Source: Candidatus Daviesbacteria bacterium (GTDB taxonomy: Bacteria > Patescibacteriota > Microgenomatia > Daviesbacterales > UBA10151). From it: 58,904 nucleotides of DNA. Shown here piece by piece: positions 26,063 to 34,736 of this stretch. The notes under the pieces are model-generated. The model did not search any database, was not told the origin of the DNA, and was given only the letters and a program-made list of their open reading frames with translations. The stretch is taken from positions 1 to 58,904 of the forward strand of contig JACPEZ010000047.1 of NCBI GenBank assembly GCA_016183225.1, given 5' to 3'. Position numbers and translations under genes: made by a program. Every line of letters begins with the position of its first letter. The stretch's first letter is position 1.

Positions 26063-26741
26063 CATACACAAAGTTACGCTAATTAAAATTTTAAAAGAAA
26101 TCTACTCTGATACTGATCTTAGAACTCTTCTTGGATTTAAAGGAGGTACGGCAGCAATGTTATTTTATGGGTTGCCCCGTTTCTCGGTTGACCTGGATTT
26201 TGATTTACTAAATGAGGATAAAAAGAAGCTGGTTTTTGAGAAACTGCAAGATATTTTATCTAAATTCGGCAAATCAGATGAGCCTTTTGAAAAATACCAC
26301 ACATTGTTTTTTCTGCTTAACTACCAAAAAAGAGAAAGAAACTTAAAAGTAGAAGTTTCCAAGCGTGAGTCTACTGCCGCATATGAAATAAAACACTATT
26401 TAGGCATACCAATGATGGTGATGCAAAAGGCAGATATGACAGCAGGGAAGTTAGCGGCGCTTTTGACACGAAAGAGATTTGCTGCCAGAGATATTTTCGA
26501 CCTATGGTTTTTCTTAAAAGAAAACTTTCCAATCAATGAGCAAATTGTCAAAGATAAAACCGGGCTTTCTTTGCAAAAAGCACTTCATAGGGCGGAAGCA
26601 ATAGTAAAAGACCTTAAAGGAACGCAATTGTTATCTGGTTTGGGTGATCTGTTGGATCCAAAGCAAAGAGTTTGGGTAAAACAAAAACTGCAGGAAGAAT
26701 TGTTATTTCTCTTGAGATTTTACATTGCATCAATAAATTAG
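26049..26741 (+). CDS. abiEii: AbiEii/AbiGii-family nucleotidyltransferase toxin
   Basis: LGFKGGTAAMLFYGLPRFSVDLDFD matches the family's GG(T/S)...R.S.D(I/L)DF core. Confidence 0.8.
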   Translation: MLNINIHKVTLIKILKEIYSDTDLRTLLGFKGGTAAMLFYGLPRFSVDLDFDLLNEDKKKLVFEKLQDILSKFGKSDEPFEKYHTLFFLLNYQKRERNLKVEVSKRESTAAYEIKHYLGIPMMVMQKADMTAGKLAALLTRKRFAARDIFDLWFFLKENFPINEQIVKDKTGLSLQKALHRAEAIVKDLKGTQLLSGLGDLLDPKQRVWVKQKLQEELLFLLRFYIASIN

Positions 26742-26832
26742 CCTCTACTCCGTCAGGATTTTGTAAGTTTTTAATCAAGCGCTTACGCCTCGCTTTAATG
26801 TAGACTTTTTTGGCAGGAGGGTCTACACTAAA

Positions 26833-29800
26833 ATGAGTAAAGAAATTCTTATGGCAGAAACAGCAGTGGTTGAAGCAGAAGCGCCGGTTCAGGTTTCCAA
26901 AGGGGAGACATTCGCACCCGCAGACGCGCCGGATACGGCAGCCGGAGTTGAAAGATTTTTGCAAGAGGCGAGAAACCGGGGTCCCCATGATGATCCTGAC
27001 CCCTCGAATACTCCTCCTCCCGGGAGAGCAGAACAGGGTACCCCTGCAGATGCCGGCGGAGCAGCAGCCGGAGGGGTTGGAGGAAGAGGAGGAGACGGTG
27101 GCGGCAACGGCCCCGAAGGCCCGAGAGGACCAGAGCTGCCGAATAACAGCCTAGAATATGAATCGAATCCGGAAAGAGGCAGACAAATTGCAGAAGAGAT
27201 TGTTAAATGGGAAGCATTGCGGGTTGCGGGGAGAATTAATGAAGTAAATTGGCCTAGGTTAAATCAGCTGTATAGAGAACAAAGAATTCATACAGTTGCG
27301 CAACGAAAAGTTGAATTAAGAGTAAAAATCCTTGAAGATCAACCACCTCCGTCAACCACGCCGGATATTCAAACAGTTAACCCAGATCGTTTCATTGGTT
27401 TTAATTCGCTGGAACAATGGACTAATGAGTATACGGCCGGGACTGTCTCTGATATGCCCAGGTTTATAAGGGAAGTTAATGTTTATTTTGAAGAAGCTAA
27501 AAGAGTAGGCTTGCTAAAAGATTTAGACGCTGTTTTAGCTTCTGCTTATAATAGGGATGTTTTAGGGGGAATACGACAAAATATTACTTCTGTTGATGTA
27601 ATTTCAGGTAATCGTAGGGCAGGTATTGAAGGTATAGACCAGAAGATACAGTCGGCATTAAATTCCTTGATGGATATCTATAGGGATAGGCAATGGAGAG
27701 ACCCGGAGATTACCAGATTAGCCAGGATAGACCCCACCGGTAGATTAGCAGGAGGAGTGTGGGATCTATATGTGCAGTTTGCCATGGGGAGATTTGTGGC
27801 AGCAATTAATAACCGGGATATGGATGGAATAACCCAACGCCCTTATGCTATTGATAATGAATTTCATCTTGAGCAAGGAGGAGATGAGGATGCTCCTCAA
27901 GAAACTTTCTGGCGCACTTCATATGGGCCATACGTTGAATTTTCTGCTCAAACAAAAGAACAATTTATAATAGCAGCAGATACTTGGTTGAGCAGACAAG
28001 AAAAAATTCAGGCTGCGCCAGCTGAACTAATTCAGAAAGCAGATCAGTTTATAGAGAATTTGCAGAATTCTGAAGGTGCCAAAAAACTTCCCGAAGAGGT
28101 TATTGAGACCCTAATATTAGGAATACAAGCCAGGTTGGGAGTTTTTGGTGCTGATCAAGCAAATGAACTTTACGACGCTGCGCGGTACAAACAATTTATG
28201 GATTACATCAATAAAGACGGTAAAGGACCGGCACGCTGGCTGGAATTGTCTAAACTACTTGACGGACAGGTAGCTGCAGATTTGTGGGCGCTTGATAAAG
28301 ATCCAAGGTGGGAAATATTATTCTCTTTGTTTGGCTCCAGAGGCCAATTAGCCAATTCTTCTCAAGCCCAAAGAAACGGCAACAGCCCGCAAGGTTTGTT
28401 CTACCAAGCCCGCGACATATTTATAGAAGAGATGCTAGGTGTAGCAATTAAGGATAAAAGACATATAGACAGTAATCTAACCAGATTTATGCCTGATAAG
28501 GAATTTACGAATATGTATGATGGATTATACAGATATGGAAAGGTACCTCAAGGTCGTTCATCAGGTGATGTTCACATAAGAGCTTATCAAGAGCAGTTAC
28601 AAAATCCTAAACCGGATAAAGAGTTAACCCCAGATGAAAGACGGTCTATCAGATTAGGTAAGATTCAGGTGGAACTTCAGGATATCCGCGAGCAAATTAG
28701 AAACGGCAATCGGGTTTTAAAAGTCGGACAAACAGCCAGAGATGTGATAAAAGATGAATCAGATAGAAAATTTTATCAAAAAGCCTGGGCTGAAGCCAGT
28801 AAAGCTTTTGATATTGCTTTCCAAATATACGGAGCTCTAGGGGAGAAATCCAAAAGAGCTGGAGGGGTTTTCAAAGTTAATCGGGCTGACGCCGCAGGTA
28901 ATGAATACCAAGATTTTGTCCCTATCCATTATGCGGAAAAATTTGTCCAGTTTGCTGAAACTATGACCAAGATGCAATATGCGGATTCTCCTGCCAGAGA
29001 AAGGACCGTCAGGGTTAGGGAGGCTCGTGATAGAGCTATAGCTGAACTTAAAAAGAACGGCTTTGAGGCCAAGTTATACAATGCTGATGGAACTGTCATG
29101 AAGTTAAAAAGGCCAAAAGAAGATCTTAGCAAAGAGGACGAGCTGGCCAGAGATGCGAGGGGTAATGTCATTGTAGAAGAGAAAGCAGTGGATTTTTATA
29201 CAGCTACACATCATCCTTATGGTGATTGGACCTCTCATACCTATTGGAGCTATCAGGAAGAGGATAGGCATATGGTGTTGGCTCCTGAAACCTTTGCCCA
29301 GGCTAGAAAAATTAGAGCCGGGGAAATACGACCGGAAGATGCAGACCCATGGGCTATACAGCTTCTGATTTTAGATCCAACTTTAAAACGGGTCAGAAGA
29401 TTTGATAAAAACTTTGAAGATAGAGAAAGAAAATTAACCATGGCAGCGGTAGAGGATTCATACCAAAGCCACTGGAGAATAGGCAGAGAGCTATATAGAT
29501 CATTTTTCCCCAAATATGGCACTCCTGCTAAAGAAATAAGCATCTATTATGGTCTGCAGGATTATGGCGGGTTTAGAAAAATGATAGAACATAGTAGAGC
29601 CAGAGCAGCAGAAGATCCGGAAAGATTTGCCAGGCGTGGCAGACGGCTTATTCCTGACCTACATATACCGGCAGCAGCTTTGTCTGAAATATGGGGACAG
29701 GGTTCGGTTGGTTCATTAGGAGTGATACGGATGTTAGGGGCTCCAATCTATAGGATGGGTGGGACATTTGCTTTAGATAAATTTGCCGCTCAATCAGAAA

Positions 29801-30513
29801 TTGCTGGTCTGTTATATGATGCTTTATTTATTTCAAAGAAAGATAATGAGGGAATTCTTGTAGAACCATTGTTATTAAAGCTGACAAATGAGTCAGACAA
29901 ATTATCAGCTGTTACTGCAGAAATTCCCGATCTTGGTAAAAAGTGGGATAGTCCTTCAACTCAAAATAAAGTTTGCTATGCTTTAATGGATTCTCTTGGT
30001 AGAGAAAAAAGAGTTTTGCAACTTTTGGTAACAATGGAAAGCCTGATCAGAAATGCTACAGGTGCACAATTTTTGGAAGAGGTAGATGTGTTGACAAATA
30101 ACGGACAACTTAATCCTGCGGTTGCCAGAAGATTTGCAGCATTGCCTGATATTAGCAGAGATGATCTTACCAGGGAGGACTTGGACAAATTTATTACTGA
30201 AGCTGAAGCTATAGAAGAAATGAGTGAAGAGGAATTTAATAATAAATTTAATATAAATGAAATTGATGAAGGCACTATAAGTGCTAATACAGGGTCAGGT
30301 AGACATAGTGCCAAGATTTTCCACAATGCTTTTGGTGAATTACTGATTGATCAAGAGAAAAGAGGAGGTGTCCAATTGTATCCTGGTGAAAAATTCCCGT
30401 ATAGCCGAATTAAGGATAAAATTATAATTGTGAATCCACAAGGAAGAGGTCAACCGGTAGAAACTGCTGATACAATATGGGATTTCATATTTGGAAAATT
30501 TGTGCCAACCTAA
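26833..30513 (+). CDS. Giant orphan protein (1226 aa) with Gly/Pro-rich N-terminal region
   Basis: Strong SD (aggagg) 7 nt upstream, long uninterrupted ORF, no signal peptide or TM, and no catalytic or NTP-binding motif that I could recognise. Confidence 0.6.
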   Translation: MSKEILMAETAVVEAEAPVQVSKGETFAPADAPDTAAGVERFLQEARNRGPHDDPDPSNTPPPGRAEQGTPADAGGAAAGGVGGRGGDGGGNGPEGPRGPELPNNSLEYESNPERGRQIAEEIVKWEALRVAGRINEVNWPRLNQLYREQRIHTVAQRKVELRVKILEDQPPPSTTPDIQTVNPDRFIGFNSLEQWTNEYTAGTVSDMPRFIREVNVYFEEAKRVGLLKDLDAVLASAYNRDVLGGIRQNITSVDVISGNRRAGIEGIDQKIQSALNSLMDIYRDRQWRDPEITRLARIDPTGRLAGGVWDLYVQFAMGRFVAAINNRDMDGITQRPYAIDNEFHLEQGGDEDAPQETFWRTSYGPYVEFSAQTKEQFIIAADTWLSRQEKIQAAPAELIQKADQFIENLQNSEGAKKLPEEVIETLILGIQARLGVFGADQANELYDAARYKQFMDYINKDGKGPARWLELSKLLDGQVAADLWALDKDPRWEILFSLFGSRGQLANSSQAQRNGNSPQGLFYQARDIFIEEMLGVAIKDKRHIDSNLTRFMPDKEFTNMYDGLYRYGKVPQGRSSGDVHIRAYQEQLQNPKPDKELTPDERRSIRLGKIQVELQDIREQIRNGNRVLKVGQTARDVIKDESDRKFYQKAWAEASKAFDIAFQIYGALGEKSKRAGGVFKVNRADAAGNEYQDFVPIHYAEKFVQFAETMTKMQYADSPARERTVRVREARDRAIAELKKNGFEAKLYNADGTVMKLKRPKEDLSKEDELARDARGNVIVEEKAVDFYTATHHPYGDWTSHTYWSYQEEDRHMVLAPETFAQARKIRAGEIRPEDADPWAIQLLILDPTLKRVRRFDKNFEDRERKLTMAAVEDSYQSHWRIGRELYRSFFPKYGTPAKEISIYYGLQDYGGFRKMIEHSRARAAEDPERFARRGRRLIPDLHIPAAALSEIWGQGSVGSLGVIRMLGAPIYRMGGTFALDKFAAQSEIAGLLYDALFISKKDNEGILVEPLLLKLTNESDKLSAVTAEIPDLGKKWDSPSTQNKVCYALMDSLGREKRVLQLLVTMESLIRNATGAQFLEEVDVLTNNGQLNPAVARRFAALPDISRDDLTREDLDKFITEAEAIEEMSEEEFNNKFNINEIDEGTISANTGSGRHSAKIFHNAFGELLIDQEKRGGVQLYPGEKFPYSRIKDKIIIVNPQGRGQPVETADTIWDFIFGKFVPT

Positions 30514-30524
30514 AGATTAGCCAA

Positions 30525-32282
30525 TTAAAATCCGAATCGGCCTCTAGTCGTTCTTCTCAATTGTCCACTCTTTGTTCCTGCAGAAAGCATTTCCCCTGGA
30601 GTTCGAGGTTGCCTCCATTGTTTAGTAGTCGGGTCAAAAAATAGACCAGGTTCATCTGTAATACGCCCAACTTGTCCAGCAAGCCCGCTGGTGCCTTGGC
30701 TGATTTGGCCGGCATAGCCGCGGCCGGCTCCGTAACTGCCACCCAGCTCCTGGCCTATCAACTGTCCTGCCACCCCAATCCTCCCTACAGTCCTGGCAAT
30801 AATATCCGGGATGGCCGGTAAGGCCACCAGGGCTCCAAAAGCCAGTAGTAAATTGATAAAACTGAAATCCAAGCCTCCGAATAGAGGGAAAGTTGACTTA
30901 TTTACAATCCTGCCTTCAGCTGCCTGGGCTACCGGAGTCAAATTATTCGGTTCTGCTTGATTTAACTGGGTAATTTGAAAGACTTCTGATTGAGGCGGTT
31001 GGACAAAACCCGGCCCTAGGATATAAGCCACAAAATATAAAACAGCCAAAACTGCCGGAAAGGCCAGAATATTGGCCAGCATGTTTAAAATCCAATTGGT
31101 GGCCAGTCCCTGTCTGCCCGGTAAAGCAGAGGCTAAAAAATGGAAAGGAGCGATAATAGTTAAGAAAATGATGGTCAGGTAATTATTGATCAGACGAAGC
31201 AGTAATCTAAACATGGCATAAATCAAAATGGCCATGGCTGCAAAGGATAGAGCCAAACTGGCTACCTCAATAGGTGCCAGGGCAGTGCCTCCAAATGATA
31301 TAATGCCTGCTACTATCTGACCGGGTCCCCCGAACATACCTCCGAATGGCATGACAATTTGGGAAACCACAAAAGCTGCCAGAGTTGTAAGAACTTTCTG
31401 CGGGTCCAAATCCCATGGACAGAATCTACAGGTATTTGGATCTGCCAAATGATCCCAGATTGAATTCAATGCATCAGCAACACTACTACTACTAATGGCT
31501 TTGGTAAATGGGGTAAAAAGACCTAAAATATTTTGTCCTTGAATTTTATCTACTAAAATTTGGGGTTGAGCATTAGGCCGTTGGGCAATGGAAAAATAAT
31601 AGCCCACAACATTAGTTCCCACAAAGGCCATGTCTGAAATAAGTCCTGCCAAAAAGTAACTAAAGGTAATCATGATTAAACCAATGACCAGGCCGGGCAA
31701 GGCTGCCTGGGCAGTGATGACTGTTTGGGGGTTGATCCTGTTTCTAAACATTACCATCAGGCCAATTACTACAAAAATAATAATCATAAACACATAGGCT
31801 ATATTTCTTGACACCTGCCATAGGGTTAAAATAGGACTTAAGACTTGGGCTCCCGAACCGATTACCTGGGCTTTGGCTTCTTTGACAATCCCCAAACCCT
31901 GCCCTACAGACGCCAGATAATCGCCGGTTCTAACCGGCGGGTTAAGATAAAGAGCTCCGATTATGGAAGTGGTGGCTCCCAAAGCTCCCCCTTGTAAATT
32001 AACCTGGGATAAAACAGGTATACCTTTTTGATAAGTTAAACAGGGCTGGCCGATTACGGATGAACCAACAGACAAGCAGGAGAAAGTATGAAATAAATTA
32101 TGGACCAGCAGGTCAGTATAGACAGGTGAAGTAGGCGGGACATAGGAGGGGACAGGGGTTTGGGCAAAGGCAGGAGTGGGGAATAATGACAAAATTAAAA
32201 TGACAAATAACAAATGAATGACAAAATTAAAATGACAAATAACAATTTTTTTGAAATTTAGACTTGGTTTGATATTTGACAT
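30525..32282 (-). CDS. VirB6-like polytopic membrane protein of the T4SS-like locus
   Basis: Signal-like N-terminus, multiple TM segments through the central region, Gly-rich C-terminal tail. Located immediately downstream of the pilin array. Start set to ATG MSNIKPS. Confidence 0.5.
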   Translation of the reverse strand: MSNIKPSLNFKKIVICHFNFVIHLLFVILILSLFPTPAFAQTPVPSYVPPTSPVYTDLLVHNLFHTFSCLSVGSSVIGQPCLTYQKGIPVLSQVNLQGGALGATTSIIGALYLNPPVRTGDYLASVGQGLGIVKEAKAQVIGSGAQVLSPILTLWQVSRNIAYVFMIIIFVVIGLMVMFRNRINPQTVITAQAALPGLVIGLIMITFSYFLAGLISDMAFVGTNVVGYYFSIAQRPNAQPQILVDKIQGQNILGLFTPFTKAISSSSVADALNSIWDHLADPNTCRFCPWDLDPQKVLTTLAAFVVSQIVMPFGGMFGGPGQIVAGIISFGGTALAPIEVASLALSFAAMAILIYAMFRLLLRLINNYLTIIFLTIIAPFHFLASALPGRQGLATNWILNMLANILAFPAVLAVLYFVAYILGPGFVQPPQSEVFQITQLNQAEPNNLTPVAQAAEGRIVNKSTFPLFGGLDFSFINLLLAFGALVALPAIPDIIARTVGRIGVAGQLIGQELGGSYGAGRGYAGQISQGTSGLAGQVGRITDEPGLFFDPTTKQWRQPRTPGEMLSAGTKSGQLRRTTRGRFGF

Positions 32283-32368
32283 TTGAGCTTTGAGTTTACT
32301 CACCATATTTTAACATTAACCCAAACTTTTCAGTTTTGCAACCCTTCGACTTCGCTCAGGGCAAATCC

Positions 32369-32686
32369 TTACGGATTTGGTTGGCACCAGGGTAAACTTG
32401 GCCCTCCGCACAAAGCCCGGATATCAAACAAAGTTACTTTTACTCCGGTCACTGCTTCAATCAGTTGCAAAATCAGCCAGGCAATGGCCAAAAAAAGTAT
32501 ACCCAGTAAAGCCCAGGTGACTGTTAAATGGGCAGCCTGGATAGCTTTGGGTTCTCCCCCGGAAGTTAAATACTTAATCCCGGCCCAGGTAAGCACCACC
32601 AAAGAAGCAATAAACCCCAAGCCTACCACAACGGAAATCACCCTGGAGAAAACCTGGTCTATTTCATTTAAGCCGGCCGGAAGCAT
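32369..32686 (-). CDS. VirB2/TrbC-like T4SS pilin paralog 1
   Basis: TM1, then WAGIKYLTSGGEPKAIQAA, then TM2 (LLGILFLAIAWLIL). The same two-TM plus (S/A)GGD/E loop pattern is shared by five neighbours. Confidence 0.7.
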   Translation of the reverse strand: MLPAGLNEIDQVFSRVISVVVGLGFIASLVVLTWAGIKYLTSGGEPKAIQAAHLTVTWALLGILFLAIAWLILQLIEAVTGVKVTLFDIRALCGGPSLPWCQPNP

Positions 32687-32690
32687 ATTT

Positions 32691-33092
32691 TTAAGTAGGT
32701 GATGGAGGTCTGGGTACCGCAATCTCCATAATATTTAATCCCGTGAATTGCCCGGCCAGCCGAGCCAGGGCAAAAGCCACTGCCAAAACAGCCAGGCCAA
32801 TCAAAGCATTGATGATTCTGTTCCGCGCCTTTCCCACAGCCTCTTTATCTCCGCCCGAGGTAATCCATTCAAAGGCTCCCCAAATCAGCATGATCAAAAC
32901 TACCAGCAGGGCCACTGCAAAAGCCAGGGTCAGGAAATTGTTGACAAAATCGCCCAAATTGGCAAATCCTACTTCAGGGGTTTTTATGATGATATCCGGG
33001 CTGGGACTTGCAGCTAATGCTTTAACAGGCAAAAGAAGATAGGATATAGCGGATGCTGCCGCAACCAACTTTTTCATAAGTGATTTAATCAT
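32691..33092 (-). CDS. VirB2/TrbC-like T4SS pilin paralog 2
   Basis: Signal peptide ending ...VKALA|ASP, then GAFEWITSGGDKEAVGKARNRIINALIGLAVLAVAF. Confidence 0.7.
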   Translation of the reverse strand: MIKSLMKKLVAAASAISYLLLPVKALAASPSPDIIIKTPEVGFANLGDFVNNFLTLAFAVALLVVLIMLIWGAFEWITSGGDKEAVGKARNRIINALIGLAVLAVAFALARLAGQFTGLNIMEIAVPRPPSPT

Positions 33093-33120
33093 ATTCACAA
33101 AATTATTCTCTTGTCAAGCA

Positions 33121-33642
33121 TCATTTTTGGCCTTCAAAAAACTTAAAGCCGGTAAATTGTCCCAGCACCTGGATAATGGCAAAAGCCACGGCAAAAAGAA
33201 TAATGCCCACAATGGCATTGATGATTTTTTTGCGGGCCGCCTCCAGCTTTTCTTTTTCTCCTTCCGAGGTGATCCAGTCCCAGGCCCCCCATAAAATCAT
33301 GAATATGAGTACTATCGCAGCCAGGATGTAAAACAAAGCCACCAAGTTGCTTAAAAATCTGCTGATGCCGGTTGCGCCGGTTTCATCCTGACCGATAAAG
33401 TTTTTTAAAGCATCAGGAGGTTTAATAGTGCCGAAAACATCTTTCTGACAGGTGAACTGGTCGGAATTTATTGGGGGATTGAAATCGGGATTTTTTCTGC
33501 AAGTAAATCCGGTCTCGCAAGGGAAATGTACATCCGGAGGAGGCAGGCAGAACGCGTTTTCTTTCCCGGCAGCCATTACTGGGATAGTGGCGGTTAAAAA
33601 GATTGTTGCCAGTATTGCAGCGATCAAAATCTTTGTAGTCAT
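33121..33642 (-). CDS. VirB2/TrbC-like T4SS pilin paralog 3 (with Cys-rich N-terminal extension)
   Basis: Signal peptide, Cys-containing ~60-aa insert, then GAWDWITSEGEKEKLEAARKKIINAIVGIILFAVAF. Confidence 0.7.
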   Translation of the reverse strand: MTTKILIAAILATIFLTATIPVMAAGKENAFCLPPPDVHFPCETGFTCRKNPDFNPPINSDQFTCQKDVFGTIKPPDALKNFIGQDETGATGISRFLSNLVALFYILAAIVLIFMILWGAWDWITSEGEKEKLEAARKKIINAIVGIILFAVAFAIIQVLGQFTGFKFFEGQK

Positions 33643-34034
33643 GGTGTTTGAATGATGACCGGCCCTGTTGTGCCAAACAGTCTTGAGAGCAGAAATTGAA
33701 AAACCAGGAAGGCAAACATTAAAATTAAAAATCCGATAATGGCATGAGAGATCATTTGTCTGGCTCCTGCCATTTCCTCTTTATCCCCTCCTGCTTTCAA
33801 ATATCTGAATGCTCCAAACAGAAAATATAATATCACTAATGCGGCGGTAATGGCAAAGGCCGGAGGGACCAGTTTGGATGTGGCCTCGCCCAAAGTTTTG
33901 ATATCCCCAAAGCCAAATTTTTCTCCAATGGGAATGGGGGATTGGGCATGAACGGGAAAAGTAAAAAGTAAAAAGTAAAAAGTAAAAAGTATTAAAACTG
34001 TACCCTGTACCCTGTACCCTGTACCCTTTTTCAA
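33639..34034 (-). CDS. VirB2/TrbC-like T4SS pilin paralog 4
   Basis: GAFRYLKAGGDKEEMAGARQMISHAIIGFLILMFAF. Proposed TTG start at 34034 makes a TTGA overlap with the paralog 5 stop. The track ATG at 34130 would overlap the neighbour by ~100 nt. Confidence 0.6.
   Translation of the reverse strand: MKKGTGYRVQGTVLILFTFYFLLFTFPVHAQSPIPIGEKFGFGDIKTLGEATSKLVPPAFAITAALVILYFLFGAFRYLKAGGDKEEMAGARQMISHAIIGFLILMFAFLVFQFLLSRLFGTTGPVIIQTP
33961..34025. repeat. Two adjacent 4 x 7-nt heptamer arrays (gtaaaaa x4; ctgtacc x4)
   Basis: gtaaaaa at 33961-33988, a 9-nt spacer, ctgtacc at 33998-34025. On the minus strand they encode GTGYRVQGTVLILFTFYFLLFTF, the signal-peptide region of pilin 4. Confidence 0.9.
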
Positions 34035-34354
34035 AATGGTATCCCTCCTCTTCCCGGAGTAAATATCTCTCCGGCATACTTGGCAATAAAATAAGCCATC
34101 AGGGTAACCAGCAGGCCAATGATGGCCCATTTGATTCTGTTTCTGGCTTTGGCCAAGCTTTCTTTGTCTCCGCCGGCAAATATATAGGCCCAGGCTCCCC
34201 AGACAAACCAGAAAAAAGCCAGGAAAACCACCAGATAAAAGATAATGTTTAAAAGCGGGGAAATAATGCTGCCCAGATCCTTGAATTCGGTTTTTAATCC
34301 TGAAGGATTGGGAATGGGTGAAAAACCGGGAATTGTTAGAGCTAATTTATTCAT
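34031..34354 (-). CDS. VirB2/TrbC-like T4SS pilin paralog 5
   Basis: WGAWAYIFAGGDKESLAKARNRIKWAIIGLLVTLMAYF. Start set to ATG MNKLALT. Confidence 0.7.
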   Translation of the reverse strand: MNKLALTIPGFSPIPNPSGLKTEFKDLGSIISPLLNIIFYLVVFLAFFWFVWGAWAYIFAGGDKESLAKARNRIKWAIIGLLVTLMAYFIAKYAGEIFTPGRGGIPF

Positions 34355-34379
34355 AGTGACTAGTCGCAAGAATCGAGAG

Positions 34380-34736
34380 TCAAGTGGATTTTAACAAACC
34401 GCTTAAAACTCGAGCTGTTTCCATGTGTATTTCTAATATTTTCGCATAATCATCTTTACCAGTAAACTGTCTCTCATAAGCAAAATCAATAAAGAATTCT
34501 AATTCTGTTAAAGACCCCATTGCCATTTGGTAGAAATGCTTTCTATCCTTTAAGCCTCTTCTGCTATATCCTTCTGCAATATTAGCACAAACCGATAAAG
34601 CAGCCCGGCGCATTTGTGAAATCATTCCAAAAAGCTCATCTTTAGGGAATTTTGCTGTGATATCGTAAATTAAATGTGCCAACAAATTAGCTTTCTGCCA
34701 AGCAATGAGTTTTCTGTAGCCGCTATTGTTTCTCAT
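34380..34736 (-). CDS. Four-helix-bundle protein (23S rRNA intervening-sequence protein / Avd family), second copy
   Basis: YRKLIAWQKA...FPKDELFGMISQMRRAALSVCANIAEGYSRRG.KDRKHFYQMAMGSLTELEFF. The ATG at 34736 makes an ATGA overlap with the upstream gene stop. Confidence 0.85.
   Translation of the reverse strand: MRNNSGYRKLIAWQKANLLAHLIYDITAKFPKDELFGMISQMRRAALSVCANIAEGYSRRGLKDRKHFYQMAMGSLTELEFFIDFAYERQFTGKDDYAKILEIHMETARVLSGLLKST

Noticed and set aside
26799-26827. 7-bp hairpin (tgtagac/gtctaca) around the SD of the 1226-aa gene as a translational switch
   Set aside because: The SD (aggagg) lies in the loop rather than in the stem. A single 7-bp stem could arise by chance, and no alternative structure was seen.
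33961-34025. Regularly spaced short repeats that could be mistaken for a CRISPR array (also at 424-490, 21351-21484, 41204-41303 and 43906-43972)
   Set aside because: The units are 7 nt and directly abutting, with no 25-40 nt spacers between 24-40 nt repeats. No cas genes are present in the window.
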